From the IMG/VR virus record IMGVR_UViG_3300022910_000004: a DNA stretch of 64,000 nucleotides. One strand, given 5' to 3'. The notes below the pieces were generated by a model. That model had not been told where the DNA came from, searched no databases, and worked only from the letters and a program-made list of their open reading frames with translations. A program made the position numbers and the translations under genes. This document shows positions 27,508 through 37,735 of the stretch, in pieces; position 1 is the stretch's first letter; every line of letters starts with the position of its first letter. This DNA is from a virus. Taxonomy: Duplodnaviria; Heunggongvirae; Uroviricota; Caudoviricetes.

Positions 27508-27538
27508 CAAAGGCCAGTAAATGGCCTTTGTCGTTTCT
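27508..27538 (+). terminator. rho-independent terminator
   Basis: AAAGGCCA-gtaaa-TGGCCTTT then GTCGTTTCT. Confidence 0.55.
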
Positions 27539-27565
27539 GTAACTTAGAAAAATAGGAGATATTGT

Positions 27566-27967
27566 ATGTATCAAGATTCTAATAGCTATTATTTGAGTGA
27601 ATATTATAAAGAGCAGGAAGAGTCAGAAAATAGATTTTTACTGAGTCTGCCTGAAGTTCGATCAGCTTGTGTAGATCTTGCAAAGAATATTATGAATGGC
27701 TACGCCGATAGTGACTCTTATCACTGGGCTTACGGTCCCTATTTTGATAGTGATACAGGAGAATATGATTCGGAACTATTAGCCGTATTAGAAGACTGGT
27801 ATCAAGATGACTTAGACCCTCTAGATGAACCATTACTAAGAGTATATGCAGTAGATGCATTACAAGCTGCTGTAGACATCCTTTACAATATGAGTATTGA
27901 TGACATACTTGAAGATGGATATCCCTTTAGTAAATTATTAAATGAGGTAGTTGAAAAGAATGAGTAA
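27566..27967 (+). CDS. highly acidic protein (candidate DNA mimic/anti-restriction)
   Basis: 133 aa with dense D/E/Y runs (DSDSYHWAYGPYFDSDTGEYDSE...). Confidence 0.45.
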   Translation: MYQDSNSYYLSEYYKEQEESENRFLLSLPEVRSACVDLAKNIMNGYADSDSYHWAYGPYFDSDTGEYDSELLAVLEDWYQDDLDPLDEPLLRVYAVDALQAAVDILYNMSIDDILEDGYPFSKLLNEVVEKNE

Positions 27968-28190
27968 AAGACTTTATACATATGAACTGAAGGACAAAGA
28001 ATATCCTGAAGATATTGTGAAAGTAGTCTATACTTCGAATAGTTGCAGTTGTTCTTATGATTGTTATGAAGATGAGTTGGACTTCTATATTGAAGATGAG
28101 TGGTATGGCAAAATAGAATTAAGGGGCAAACAGAAAGAAATAATCTTTGGGTTACTTACTTCTGAGTATGATATAAAGGAAATTAAGTAG
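27951..28190 (+). CDS. hypothetical Cys-containing protein
   Basis: 79-aa ORF. Confidence 0.45.
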   Translation: MKRMSKRLYTYELKDKEYPEDIVKVVYTSNSCSCSYDCYEDELDFYIEDEWYGKIELRGKQKEIIFGLLTSEYDIKEIK

Positions 28191-28201
28191 GAAGGTGAGA
28201 T

Positions 28202-29896
28202 ATTAGCTGTATAGAAAAGATAAAGCATGAAGTAGATCATTGTACTTCTGCGAAAGGATTACAGGTCTTTTATGATGATGGTAGAGGTAAATACACTGGT
28301 TATTGTTTCTCTTGTGCAGCCAAAGGATTAGAGGCGTACGTAGAAAACCCTTATGACGAAGGGTATGAGCCAGAACCACCAAAGAAAAAGACTAAGGAAG
28401 AAATTGATGCAGAGATTCGGGAGATTAAAGAGTTAAAACACCCTGAATTTACTTATAGAGGGATTCCTAAAGAATACTTTAAAAAGGCAGGCGTAAGATT
28501 AGCTTATAGTGAGTTTGATGGATTAACTCCAAATTCTTTTAACTTTCCTTACTCTTTAGGGGGAAATCTAAAAGGTTACAAAACAATTTTACTGAATAAA
28601 AAATTGCATTGGTCGGTAGGAGAAATTGTTGGTTGTGATCTTTTTAACTGGGAAGTTGCGAAGAAGAGAGGAACCAAGCGTTTATATGTGACGGAAGGGG
28701 AATGGGATTGTCTTTCCTTGGAGTACATGCTAGACCATACGTTTGGGCAGAATGGAAAGTATAGACATGCTGTTGTCTCTATTCCTCATGGAGCCGGTAG
28801 TGCCGCCCCTACCTTAGGGAGAATGCGTAAGGAAATAGAGGAACTGTTTGATGAAATTGTTTTAGTATTTGACAATGATGAAGCTGGGGTTAATGCGGTT
28901 AAAGAAGTTCAAAAAGTATTGCCAAATGTTCTAGAAGCTCCACATGTCACTGGTGTTAAGGACGCTAATGAGGCATTACAGTCTGGCGATTATAAAAGCT
29001 TTATTGAATTTGTTAAATGGAAAGCTCGTAAACCTCCAATACAAGGTGTGGTTACAGTTAGTCAGGCAATGGAAAGGGGAATTACCAAACCTGAGTCTGG
29101 TTTATCTCATCCTTGGGAAAAATTATCGACCGTAATGTATGGTCAAAGATTTGGGGAGGCTACTTGTGTTGCTGGATGTGTAGGCGGTGGTAAAACAGCC
29201 ATAGCTCATGAATCTAGTGCTCACAATGCAAATTTCCATAAATTGCCAAGCTTCGTCGCTTTGCTGGAAGAAGATAATATCAAAACCTGTTGGAACATTG
29301 CAGCTAAGATAGATTCTATTCCTTATAACAGACCGGAAGTCTTTGAGAAAAACAAAGAACAATACTATGAGACTATGAAGAGCTTGGAAGATAAGATCTT
29401 TATGTGGAATAGTCAAGGGAATTCTAGTTACAGATTTGATTTACCAGAAATACTGAATGCTATTCGATTTAATAATGCAGAGTATGGATGCAAATTTGCT
29501 TATATCGATAACATGACCAGATTAGTGGATACGATGCCAACAGCAGAAGCTAATGAGTTTATCAACAGATACTCAAGTGAAATTGCAAATTTGGCTAGTG
29601 AATTAGATATGCATATTTATGTGCTATCACATTTGAATCCTCCTAAATTTGGTCGAAGTCATGAAGAGGGTGGAGAGGTATTGCCAGCTCAACTTACAGG
29701 AAGTAGGGGTATCATGAGATCGTTCTCTAACATTATAGGATTTGAGAGAAATAAATTTGGAGAGACCAAACACAATTCTTTCTTGTCTCTTATAAAAAAT
29801 AGAGATTATGGTAATGAGCAAAAAATTAAATCTCAGTACAACCCTGACACAGGAAGATTAAAGGAATATGAATGGGAAGGAGAAACTTTATGGTAG
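28202..29896 (+). CDS. bifunctional primase-helicase (T7 gp4-like); N-terminal zinc-binding domain encoded upstream of the first ATG
   Basis: open frame from stop at 28196-28198; HC(x17)CFSC zinc-finger at 28230-28320; Toprim VTEGEWD and VFDNDEAG; Walker A AGCVGGGKTA; no ATG/GTG/TTG before 28604. Confidence 0.8.
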   Translation: MSCIEKIKHEVDHCTSAKGLQVFYDDGRGKYTGYCFSCAAKGLEAYVENPYDEGYEPEPPKKKTKEEIDAEIREIKELKHPEFTYRGIPKEYFKKAGVRLAYSEFDGLTPNSFNFPYSLGGNLKGYKTILLNKKLHWSVGEIVGCDLFNWEVAKKRGTKRLYVTEGEWDCLSLEYMLDHTFGQNGKYRHAVVSIPHGAGSAAPTLGRMRKEIEELFDEIVLVFDNDEAGVNAVKEVQKVLPNVLEAPHVTGVKDANEALQSGDYKSFIEFVKWKARKPPIQGVVTVSQAMERGITKPESGLSHPWEKLSTVMYGQRFGEATCVAGCVGGGKTAIAHESSAHNANFHKLPSFVALLEEDNIKTCWNIAAKIDSIPYNRPEVFEKNKEQYYETMKSLEDKIFMWNSQGNSSYRFDLPEILNAIRFNNAEYGCKFAYIDNMTRLVDTMPTAEANEFINRYSSEIANLASELDMHIYVLSHLNPPKFGRSHEEGGEVLPAQLTGSRGIMRSFSNIIGFERNKFGETKHNSFLSLIKNRDYGNEQKIKSQYNPDTGRLKEYEWEGETLW

Positions 29897-29905
29897 AGGA
29901 ACACT

Positions 29906-32038
29906 TTGAAAAAGATAACAAACTGGGCTAATGCTTCTGTAGCAGACTTAGAATCGGATGGTTTACTGGATGAAGCCACCAAGATCCATGTTTTATCATT
30001 TAAACTATCTGATAAGACAATTAAAAGTATTGAGGGAGATAATAAAGAGCGGCTGATTGCCTTCTTCAAATATCATATAGATAATAATATTCCAATTGTT
30101 ATGCATAATGGTATTTGCTTCGATGTGCCTTTAGCAGAAGAAATCTTAGGAATTGATTTATCTAACCTAATGGTTATTGATACTTTAGCAGTGAGTTGGT
30201 ATCTCAATATTGAACGTCAGAAACATGGTTTAGATTCGTTCTTAGAGGACTATGGAATTGCCAAACCTAAAATTGACGATTGGGAAAATCTTACTTACGA
30301 AGAGTATAAATTTAGATGTGAAACAGACGTTGAGATTAACTACGAACTTTGGGAGGATTTAAAAGATCGTTTAATCGATATGTATGAAAGAGTGAAGCTT
30401 GCTGTTGATATTGGTGATGTAGACGGTAAGCGAGTGGAGGGAGAAGTTTGTCATATCGATCAGTACAAACAGTCAAGTTCTGTTGAAGATTACATTGATA
30501 GGATTTTACAATTTCTTTGCCACAAAATGGATATAAGTCGTCTGAAGGAAAAGACACGATTCAAGGCTGATGAGGAAGCAATTGATGCAGGTATTGCTGA
30601 GCTAGAAGGATTTATTGATGCTGCTGCAAAAGAGCTTGAGAGTGTAATGCCTCAAGTGCCCAAATACACTAAGAAAAACAAGCCAAAAGACTGTTACAAG
30701 AAGAATGGTGAGTTGAGTGTATCAGGATCTAACTGGGAAGCAGCACTAGCTAAGATTGGTCAGAAGGATGATGATGGAAATGAACTTGTCATTGTGGTCA
30801 GTGACATTGAATTGAAAGTTCTTAACAAGTATGAGCCCCCAAATATTAATGGTAGTCAACAAATTAAAGACTTCCTATTTTCTAAAGGCTGGGTGCCAGA
30901 AACATTTAAGTACGACATTAAGGATAGCGATAAGACAGCTTGGGTTGAAAGTGGTTATAAAAAGCATCTTAAACCTGTGCCAAGGAAGATCCCACAAATT
31001 AACAGGGATGGTGACGATGGTAAGGAGCTGTGCCCTTCTGTATTAAGGCTAGCAGAGGTTGTGCCAGAGATTATGGCCTATGCCAAGTACAGTGTGATAA
31101 AGCATCGCTATGGCGTGCTGAAGGGTTTTAAAAGGGATTTGTCAGAGGATGGATTTCTAGTAGCAAGAAATGGAGGATTTACCAATACGCTGAGGGAAAA
31201 GCATAGGGAATTGGTTAATTTAGTATCAGTAAGTAAACCCTTCGGAAAATATATCCGTGGAAGTTTAATTTCTGAGAAAGGGAAGATTTTGTGTGGTAGT
31301 GATATGAGCAGTCTGGAAGACAGAATTAAACATAATTTCATGATACCTCATGACCCTGAGTATGTTGAGATTATGTCGGTCAAAGGTTATGACCCTCATT
31401 TGCAGCTAGCAGTACTTGCTGGATTACTTTCTCCCGCAGAGGAGGCTCGATACAAAGAGCTTAAGAAAAGGGATGATTTATCTCCAGAGGAGAAAGCAGA
31501 ATTCACAAAGTTAGGGATTATTAGACAGACAGGTAAAGGTGGAAATTATGCTTGCCAGTATGGAAGTGGCGCAGAGACTTTATCAAGACAATCTAAGATT
31601 CCATTAGCGACAGCTAAAAAGGTTGTAGAAGGTTACAAACAAATGAATTGGTCAATCGAAGCTATTGCTGATGATCAGTGTGTGATAACAGATGCTAGGG
31701 GACTTAAATGGTTAATTAATCCTATCAATGGTTTCTGTTACAACATTCGTAGTAACAAAGATAGATTCTCTACTCTATGTCAAGGAACAGGAAGTTTCAT
31801 GTTTGATATGTGGGTGGACAGATTCTTAGAAAAAATGAAAGAGAAATGGTCTGTAAAAAGATTATCAGGACAGTTTCATGATGAATTAGTGGTTTCATTT
31901 AGAGACACAGAAGAAAACAAGCTCGCTGTAAAAGAGATGTTAAATGCTGCTGTGGAAGAAGTGAATACAACTTTCATGCTGAGAAAGAAACTTGGTTGTG
32001 ATGTACAATTTGGTACACGATATTCAGAGATTCACTAA
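29906..32038 (+). CDS. family A DNA polymerase with N-terminal 3'-5' exonuclease (TTG start)
   Basis: Exo DLESDGL and MHNGICFD; motif A CGSDMSSLEDRI, motif B KGGNYACQYGSG, motif C QFHDELV. Confidence 0.85.
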   Translation: MKKITNWANASVADLESDGLLDEATKIHVLSFKLSDKTIKSIEGDNKERLIAFFKYHIDNNIPIVMHNGICFDVPLAEEILGIDLSNLMVIDTLAVSWYLNIERQKHGLDSFLEDYGIAKPKIDDWENLTYEEYKFRCETDVEINYELWEDLKDRLIDMYERVKLAVDIGDVDGKRVEGEVCHIDQYKQSSSVEDYIDRILQFLCHKMDISRLKEKTRFKADEEAIDAGIAELEGFIDAAAKELESVMPQVPKYTKKNKPKDCYKKNGELSVSGSNWEAALAKIGQKDDDGNELVIVVSDIELKVLNKYEPPNINGSQQIKDFLFSKGWVPETFKYDIKDSDKTAWVESGYKKHLKPVPRKIPQINRDGDDGKELCPSVLRLAEVVPEIMAYAKYSVIKHRYGVLKGFKRDLSEDGFLVARNGGFTNTLREKHRELVNLVSVSKPFGKYIRGSLISEKGKILCGSDMSSLEDRIKHNFMIPHDPEYVEIMSVKGYDPHLQLAVLAGLLSPAEEARYKELKKRDDLSPEEKAEFTKLGIIRQTGKGGNYACQYGSGAETLSRQSKIPLATAKKVVEGYKQMNWSIEAIADDQCVITDARGLKWLINPINGFCYNIRSNKDRFSTLCQGTGSFMFDMWVDRFLEKMKEKWSVKRLSGQFHDELVVSFRDTEENKLAVKEMLNAAVEEVNTTFMLRKKLGCDVQFGTRYSEIH

Positions 32039-32047
32039 GGAGTTAAT

Positions 32048-32251
32048 GTGAGTAATAGACGACATAAACATAATGTCAAAGAGAAATTTGTTGGTGATGT
32101 GCCTAAGGCTTCTATTGGTTTAGGTGATCACATGACAAGGGATGGTTTCTATCACCCAACTAAAGGGTGGCGGAAACTTCGCAAGGAAGTAAGCTGGAAC
32201 TTTCTAAATAAACTGTTAAGTAAATTAAATTTAAATAAAGAGACAAACTAA
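32048..32251 (+). CDS. small basic protein (GTG start)
   Basis: 67-aa ORF. Confidence 0.4.
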   Translation: MSNRRHKHNVKEKFVGDVPKASIGLGDHMTRDGFYHPTKGWRKLRKEVSWNFLNKLLSKLNLNKETN

Positions 32252-33159
32252 TGAGTTATATACCTAAATCACAAGGCAGTGCAAAACAAGCTGGATCATA
32301 TTCTAACGTAGCTCCAAATGGAGTTGCTTATAAATTTCCAATTCCAGAGGCAGGGAACCAATCAGCTCGTATTAGCTTGATTGTGGACGTTGGTACACAA
32401 AAGCGCGAAGACTTTGTTGATGAAGCGACTAAAGTTGTCACCCCACAAAAACCATGTCAACAAGTAGTTATATTTGCTGACCTAGTAGATCAAGTGGTTG
32501 ACTACGGTGGTGATATTGGAGAAAAACAATATCGTTTAATGCTAAATAAAAATTTCCGTGGAGATATTCAGGGAGTAAACTTCACTGCTGTTCCACCACG
32601 AGATGCTGAGGGTAAATTAATTGAAGGTAAGGTGTGGACATTCCATCCACAAAACTTGCTTACTAAGATTGCCAAGGCAACAGGTAATGATCATATTCTA
32701 GGTACTGATGCCAATAACAATATGAATATTGCAGAATTACTTGGTGCAGCATTCTACGCTGATGTTGAAGTGACAAGTACCAAAGATAAGAATGGTAAAA
32801 AAGACGATAAAGGAAATGTTATTGTTTACAATAACGTTAACTTTAAAGGTGCTAGCAAATTGCCAATGGTTAAAGGTAAACCAGTAGAAGTTGAAGAACT
32901 CACTACTAAGCCACTTATTATAAACCATAACAACGTTACTAAAGAAACCTTAGTGTTCTTGCGTGGCAAAGTAATTGCAATGATGAAAGCTGCTCCTGAA
33001 TATGAAGGAAGTGTTTTACAGAAGCTTTTAGAATCTCCAGAAGCATCTAAGCCTGTAGAAGAAGATGAGCCACAAGCCCCAGCAGCTAAACCTGCTAAAG
33101 CTGCAAAGGCAAAAGCTGCTCCAGCAGAAGACCAAGGGGATGACGATAGTCCATTCTAA
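32251..33159 (+). CDS. ssb: single-stranded DNA-binding protein (candidate)
   Basis: Pro/Ala/Lys-rich linker and acidic C-terminal tail EDQGDDDSPF (compare SSB DDDIPF); sits between polymerase and exonuclease. Confidence 0.55.
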   Translation: MSYIPKSQGSAKQAGSYSNVAPNGVAYKFPIPEAGNQSARISLIVDVGTQKREDFVDEATKVVTPQKPCQQVVIFADLVDQVVDYGGDIGEKQYRLMLNKNFRGDIQGVNFTAVPPRDAEGKLIEGKVWTFHPQNLLTKIAKATGNDHILGTDANNNMNIAELLGAAFYADVEVTSTKDKNGKKDDKGNVIVYNNVNFKGASKLPMVKGKPVEVEELTTKPLIINHNNVTKETLVFLRGKVIAMMKAAPEYEGSVLQKLLESPEASKPVEEDEPQAPAAKPAKAAKAKAAPAEDQGDDDSPF

Positions 33160-33172
33160 TTAGGAGATAAGT

Positions 33173-33382
33173 ATGAGTAAGTTAGTGGCAGTATTTTCGC
33201 TCGCTATCTTACTTATTCTTTACTACCCAAGTTTAGTAATTATAACACTTATTGATGCAGTGTTTGAGTACAATCCATTATTAACAAGCAGTTTTATCTT
33301 ATTGCTTGTTAATTTTTGGAATGACAATAGTGTTTATGTTGGATCATATTGGGAATATATAAAGGATAAGTGGAATGAGTAA
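33173..33382 (+). CDS. small membrane protein
   Basis: hydrophobic 69 aa. Confidence 0.4.
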   Translation: MSKLVAVFSLAILLILYYPSLVIITLIDAVFEYNPLLTSSFILLLVNFWNDNSVYVGSYWEYIKDKWNE

Positions 33383-34373
33383 GGGATTGATAGCAGTGGT
33401 TGATGCTGATTATATCAAGCATACGGCTGCATCTGCGGGAGAAAGAAGGGCAGTACAAGTAACTCATAGAGCTACTGGAGTGATTAGAGAGTTTGCAAGT
33501 AGAACAGAATTCTATGGTCACTGGGCCAAGAAGTCTGGGGGTTGGTTAGCTGAAGAAAATAAGAACAGAACTTCTCCTTATTTGGTAGAAGAGTTCGATT
33601 ATGAAGATGTTCAGTATCCAGAACCTTTAGAAAATGTTTTGCACACAGCGAAATTAATGTGGGAAGGTTGTGGAAATTCTATTGGTGCAACTAAGTCTTA
33701 TGGATTCTTGGGTGAAGGCGAAAGTTTTCGTGTAGCCCGTTCTACAGTAGAACATTATAAGGGTAAACGAAGTGATTTAATAAAACCAATTCATTTGCAA
33801 GATGTACACGATTATCTTGAGAAAAGATTTAAATGTGAAATCGTTCGAGACATTGAAGCAGATGATCGAGTTGTACAAGAGTGCTATCAGCAAGACAATA
33901 AAATTATTGTTGGAGTAGATAAAGATTACTATGCTCAGCCTATCAAGTTCATGAATATGAACAGAATTGATGAGGGCATTCAAAATGGTGATCAGTTTGG
34001 AAAACTTTGGTTGACTGAAAAAGGTGATGTACGTGGTATTGGGAGAATGTTTCTCTACTTCCAAGTAGCATTTGGAGACGATTCTGATTGCTATCATGCT
34101 AATTCTGGTACAGAAACTAAGTGGGGTGAGAAGTCTGCATATAAAGCTTTGGTAGATTCAGTAGATGACAAATCAGCTTTAGAAAATTTAATTGGTGTTT
34201 ATAAGAAACTTTATCCAGAGCCTACTATTATTGAGGGGTGGAGAAGAGATAAATTAAATATCGATTGGTTGTACATGATAAGAGAAAATTTTGATCTAGC
34301 TCGTATGCTAAGATTTGAAAATGACAAAGTGGATATCAAAGATATCTTTGATAAATTGAAAATAGAATATTAG
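33375..34373 (+). CDS. 5'-3' exonuclease, T7 gene 6-like
   Basis: acidic-cluster pattern VVDADYIKH...EADDRV...VGVDKDY and C-terminal ARMLRFEN resemble T7 gp6 (from memory). Confidence 0.6.
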   Translation: MSKGLIAVVDADYIKHTAASAGERRAVQVTHRATGVIREFASRTEFYGHWAKKSGGWLAEENKNRTSPYLVEEFDYEDVQYPEPLENVLHTAKLMWEGCGNSIGATKSYGFLGEGESFRVARSTVEHYKGKRSDLIKPIHLQDVHDYLEKRFKCEIVRDIEADDRVVQECYQQDNKIIVGVDKDYYAQPIKFMNMNRIDEGIQNGDQFGKLWLTEKGDVRGIGRMFLYFQVAFGDDSDCYHANSGTETKWGEKSAYKALVDSVDDKSALENLIGVYKKLYPEPTIIEGWRRDKLNIDWLYMIRENFDLARMLRFENDKVDIKDIFDKLKIEY

Positions 34374-34382
34374 GAATAATGA

Positions 34383-34589
34383 ATGACTAAATTAGAAGAA
34401 ATTCAAAAGCAACACAACGAAGCTTTGTTTTTGCAGAAACATCATGAAGAGCTTTCTAAAAGCTTCCTTCGTAATACAGTTGTTTTGGAGGGGATGTATC
34501 AGCAAGAACAACAACGTTTAGCGGCTGAGCAAGAAGCTGCACAGGCAGAAGAAACAGTTATTACTTCCTCTTCTGAGGACTATAAATAG
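34383..34589 (+). CDS. small coiled-coil protein
   Basis: 68-aa ORF. Confidence 0.4.
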   Translation: MTKLEEIQKQHNEALFLQKHHEELSKSFLRNTVVLEGMYQQEQQRLAAEQEAAQAEETVITSSSEDYK

Positions 34590-34598
34590 GATTTATTT

Positions 34599-35126
34599 AT
34601 GGATAAGTGGGAGCCTTGGAAATGGTATCCACAAGTCTGGAAGAATAAAACAGCTTTTTTCACTTATCTCAGAGGATCTTTGAGAAAGGCTGTTTGGAAT
34701 CAGAGCCCCATTAAGATTATATTTAAAAATGGGGCATGTTCCAAACCTCCAGAAGGGTATACAGGGAGAGCCAAGTCAGGCGCTTATTGTGCATTGAGTG
34801 GTGAATGGGAAGGTAAAAGTAAGTTAGAGGTAGATCATATCTCTGGCAATGTGTCAATTAATGATGAATCAGAAATACTAGAGTTTTTGAAGCACTTAAT
34901 TCCTCCCCCAAACAGTTTGCAATTAGTTACACCAGAAGCACACAAAGCAAAAAGTTATGCAGAAAGACAGGGACTAAGTTTTGATGAAGCAACTGTGCAG
35001 AAGAAAGCTATTGCAATCTTAAAAGAGCAAAGTGGAAAGCCTTGGTTAATTGAGCGGGGAATTGTTCCAGCTAGTTCTGCTCCGAAACGAAGAGAACAGA
35101 TAGTTAATTACCTTAAGGAGAATTAA
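34599..35126 (+). CDS. HNH/endonuclease-VII-like nuclease (candidate junction resolvase)
   Basis: CALSG...LEVDHISGN...NLQLVTPEAHKAK HNH core. Confidence 0.5.
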   Translation: MDKWEPWKWYPQVWKNKTAFFTYLRGSLRKAVWNQSPIKIIFKNGACSKPPEGYTGRAKSGAYCALSGEWEGKSKLEVDHISGNVSINDESEILEFLKHLIPPPNSLQLVTPEAHKAKSYAERQGLSFDEATVQKKAIAILKEQSGKPWLIERGIVPASSAPKRREQIVNYLKEN

Positions 35127-35473
35127 TGAAATACAAATACAGTAAGTTAGCTAGGAAAATATGTACGGGGTTATCTTGGGAGTGCTTAATAGACTATCAA
35201 GCTAAGTTTAATTTTTGCACAGGCAAAACTGCTGGGGCTATTTTAGGTTTGATCTCAGAAGCGATGCTAAACCCAGAAACATATTTTGATATAAGATCAA
35301 AATTGAAAGTTACAGAACAGCAGTTTAATGCCATAGGTGGAATTCAGGATCATTTGAAAACAATAATCTCAAAATTACAGTTTGATTTTATTTTCATAGA
35401 GGGTTATACAATAGTATATAAACCTTATGGATATGTAACTAGAGATTGGATGATAGTAGATGAAACAAATTAA
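35126..35473 (+). CDS. hypothetical protein
   Basis: 115 aa; ATGA overlap. Confidence 0.45.
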   Translation: MKYKYSKLARKICTGLSWECLIDYQAKFNFCTGKTAGAILGLISEAMLNPETYFDIRSKLKVTEQQFNAIGGIQDHLKTIISKLQFDFIFIEGYTIVYKPYGYVTRDWMIVDETN

Positions 35474-35846
35474 ACCCTTTGAAACATGGATAATCCGGCA
35501 TAAAGAAACAAGACAAATTTGGTCTGCACCTTCAGGTAAAACAAGTTGGAAAGCCACAGGTCATGCTAAAAATGCTTGGGCCTCAATGATTAGTGGATAT
35601 AATACAGTATATCAACAACAACGTTGTGAAGAGCTTGGTGTAGAAAAAGTATTTGATAGACAATATAAAGATGTCAATTACTATCGAGTTCCTTATTTTG
35701 ATGAGCAAAGTGTTTATGAATTAGTTAAGCTCGAAACAAGTACATTAGATAGATTAACCATTGCGGAGAATTTATTGAAAATGTGTTTGGGGAGAGTTGA
35801 AAATTTAGAATTAGAAAATTCAATAAAGGAATTTCTAAATGTCTAA
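35460..35846 (+). CDS. hypothetical protein
   Basis: 128-aa ORF. Confidence 0.45.
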   Translation: MKQIKPFETWIIRHKETRQIWSAPSGKTSWKATGHAKNAWASMISGYNTVYQQQRCEELGVEKVFDRQYKDVNYYRVPYFDEQSVYELVKLETSTLDRLTIAENLLKMCLGRVENLELENSIKEFLNV

Positions 35847-36024
35847 ATTAATATTTCATGTCCCTGAAAGTGGTGGATATACAGTTGCTACCCTTAATGA
35901 TGAAGAAGTATATCGTGGAGATGATAGAGCAGGACCACTTTTATGGGAGATTCTTAAGTGGTATGGCATTGGATATGAAACACGAGAGTACAGAGATATT
36001 CTCTATGAGGAGAAATTTAGTTGA
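35839..36024 (+). CDS. hypothetical protein
   Basis: 61-aa ORF. Confidence 0.4.
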   Translation: MSKLIFHVPESGGYTVATLNDEEVYRGDDRAGPLLWEILKWYGIGYETREYRDILYEEKFS

Positions 36025-37028
36025 ATGAAATTAAAAACAGTTTAAAGGATGAAGATACTCGTTTAAAAGTTGCAAAGATGGCAGAAACAGAAACGGGTAT
36101 TGCCATATCAGAAAAACTTGGAATTGCTCAAAGAACCATTTATGATTTCCTAGCAAAAAATACTTGGGATAAATGGTGGGAATGGTATGAGAACATGTCT
36201 TCTTCTACAGAAGATGATTTAGAAATCAGTGTTCAAGCTAAAGCTGAAATAACTCATAAACCAATTAAGTTTCCTTATGAAAAGTTCAAATCAAGAGAAA
36301 TTCATAAGAGAGATATAAACGAAGATAATAGTAGGGTATTGCTTATTTCTGATATGCACATTCCCTATCATCACCCAGATACATTAAAGTTTTTAAGTCA
36401 CTTGAAGGATAAATACAATCCAACAAGAATTATCTGTTTAGGGGATGAGCTTGATAAACATGCTTTAAGTTTCCATGATAGTGATCCAGATTTACCAAGC
36501 GCTGGTGACGAATTGAAATTAGCCTTGCCGGTTATTCAAGAGTTGAAGAAATTGTTTCCTGTAATGGATATTCTTGAGAGTAATCATGGCAGTTTGGTTT
36601 ATCGTAAAGCTAAGCATCATGGAATACCAAGACAGTATTTAAAAAGCTACAACGATGTGTTAGGTGTTGATGATCAGTGGCAATGGTGGTTTGATATGAC
36701 TATCGATCTACCTAATGGAAGTAAGTGTTATCTACATCATGGCAAGTCTTCTGACGTAGTTCAATTGTCCCAACAAATGGGCATGAATGCTATTCAAGGA
36801 CATTACCATGAGAAGGCTTATGTTGGGTACTGGGCAAATCCAAATGGATTGTTTTGGGGATTACAGGCTGGTTGTTTAATTAATGATTCTACATACGCAT
36901 TTAATTACAACAATTGCAATATTAAAAGACCAATTATTAGTACAGCTTTAATCATCGATTCTATGCCTGTACTAGAGCCAATGATTTTAGATCAGAATGG
37001 TGATTGGATACAGGAAAATAAATTATGA
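36021..37028 (+). CDS. calcineurin-like metallophosphoesterase
   Basis: DMH, GDELD, SNHG, HHGK and GHYH motifs in canonical order. Confidence 0.65.
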   Translation: MNEIKNSLKDEDTRLKVAKMAETETGIAISEKLGIAQRTIYDFLAKNTWDKWWEWYENMSSSTEDDLEISVQAKAEITHKPIKFPYEKFKSREIHKRDINEDNSRVLLISDMHIPYHHPDTLKFLSHLKDKYNPTRIICLGDELDKHALSFHDSDPDLPSAGDELKLALPVIQELKKLFPVMDILESNHGSLVYRKAKHHGIPRQYLKSYNDVLGVDDQWQWWFDMTIDLPNGSKCYLHHGKSSDVVQLSQQMGMNAIQGHYHEKAYVGYWANPNGLFWGLQAGCLINDSTYAFNYNNCNIKRPIISTALIIDSMPVLEPMILDQNGDWIQENKL

Positions 37029-37735
37029 GTCTTAAAATGGGAGCACTAAATAATACCAAAGTGATCTTATTAAATGGCCCTAAGCTATGTGGAAAGGACA
37101 TAGCTGTTTCTCACCTCAAAAAGGTGGGGATACCCTTAGTGGTTAGGGAGTGCAAAGATAGCTTACATAAAATCACTCAACAACTATTCTGTGTGTCAGA
37201 AGAAAGATATTGGGAAATATATAATAATCGGGAGACTAAAGAACTCCCTTTACCAGAATTTAGTTTAGACATTAATTCTATTGAGCTTGATAAGCTTGGT
37301 GATATTCTGAAATATGACTTGTCTAATAGAGTAGGTAGAGCATTTAGAAAAGATGCAGGAATTATTTTTTACCACAATATTAATTTGTCTGTCCGCGAGG
37401 CGGTAATTTATGTCTCTGAATTAATTTGTAAACCAAGATTTGGTGATGAGTATTTTGGTAAAGCAAGAGCTAATGCTATTCAGGACAATGAAATTGTTAT
37501 TGATGGTAGTTGTGGTTTTAAAGAAGAACTTGCTCCATTGATTAAGAAAGTTGGAATGGAAAATATCCTACTGATAAAAATTTATAGAGGCGGTTGTACT
37601 TTTGACGGTGATAGCAGAAATTACATTCCAGATGGTGTAATTCACAACACTAAGATAATTGGAAACAATTTTAGTGAGGACTCTTATTTGGAAAGTATTG
37701 AACAAGCAGTGAGAGAATTTTTATGTCTACAATAG
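37025..37735 (+). CDS. deoxynucleoside monophosphate kinase (T4 gp1-like)
   Basis: P-loop LNGPKLCGKD and overall collinearity with T4 dNMP kinase (from memory). Confidence 0.55.
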   Translation: MSLKMGALNNTKVILLNGPKLCGKDIAVSHLKKVGIPLVVRECKDSLHKITQQLFCVSEERYWEIYNNRETKELPLPEFSLDINSIELDKLGDILKYDLSNRVGRAFRKDAGIIFYHNINLSVREAVIYVSELICKPRFGDEYFGKARANAIQDNEIVIDGSCGFKEELAPLIKKVGMENILLIKIYRGGCTFDGDSRNYIPDGVIHNTKIIGNNFSEDSYLESIEQAVREFLCLQ

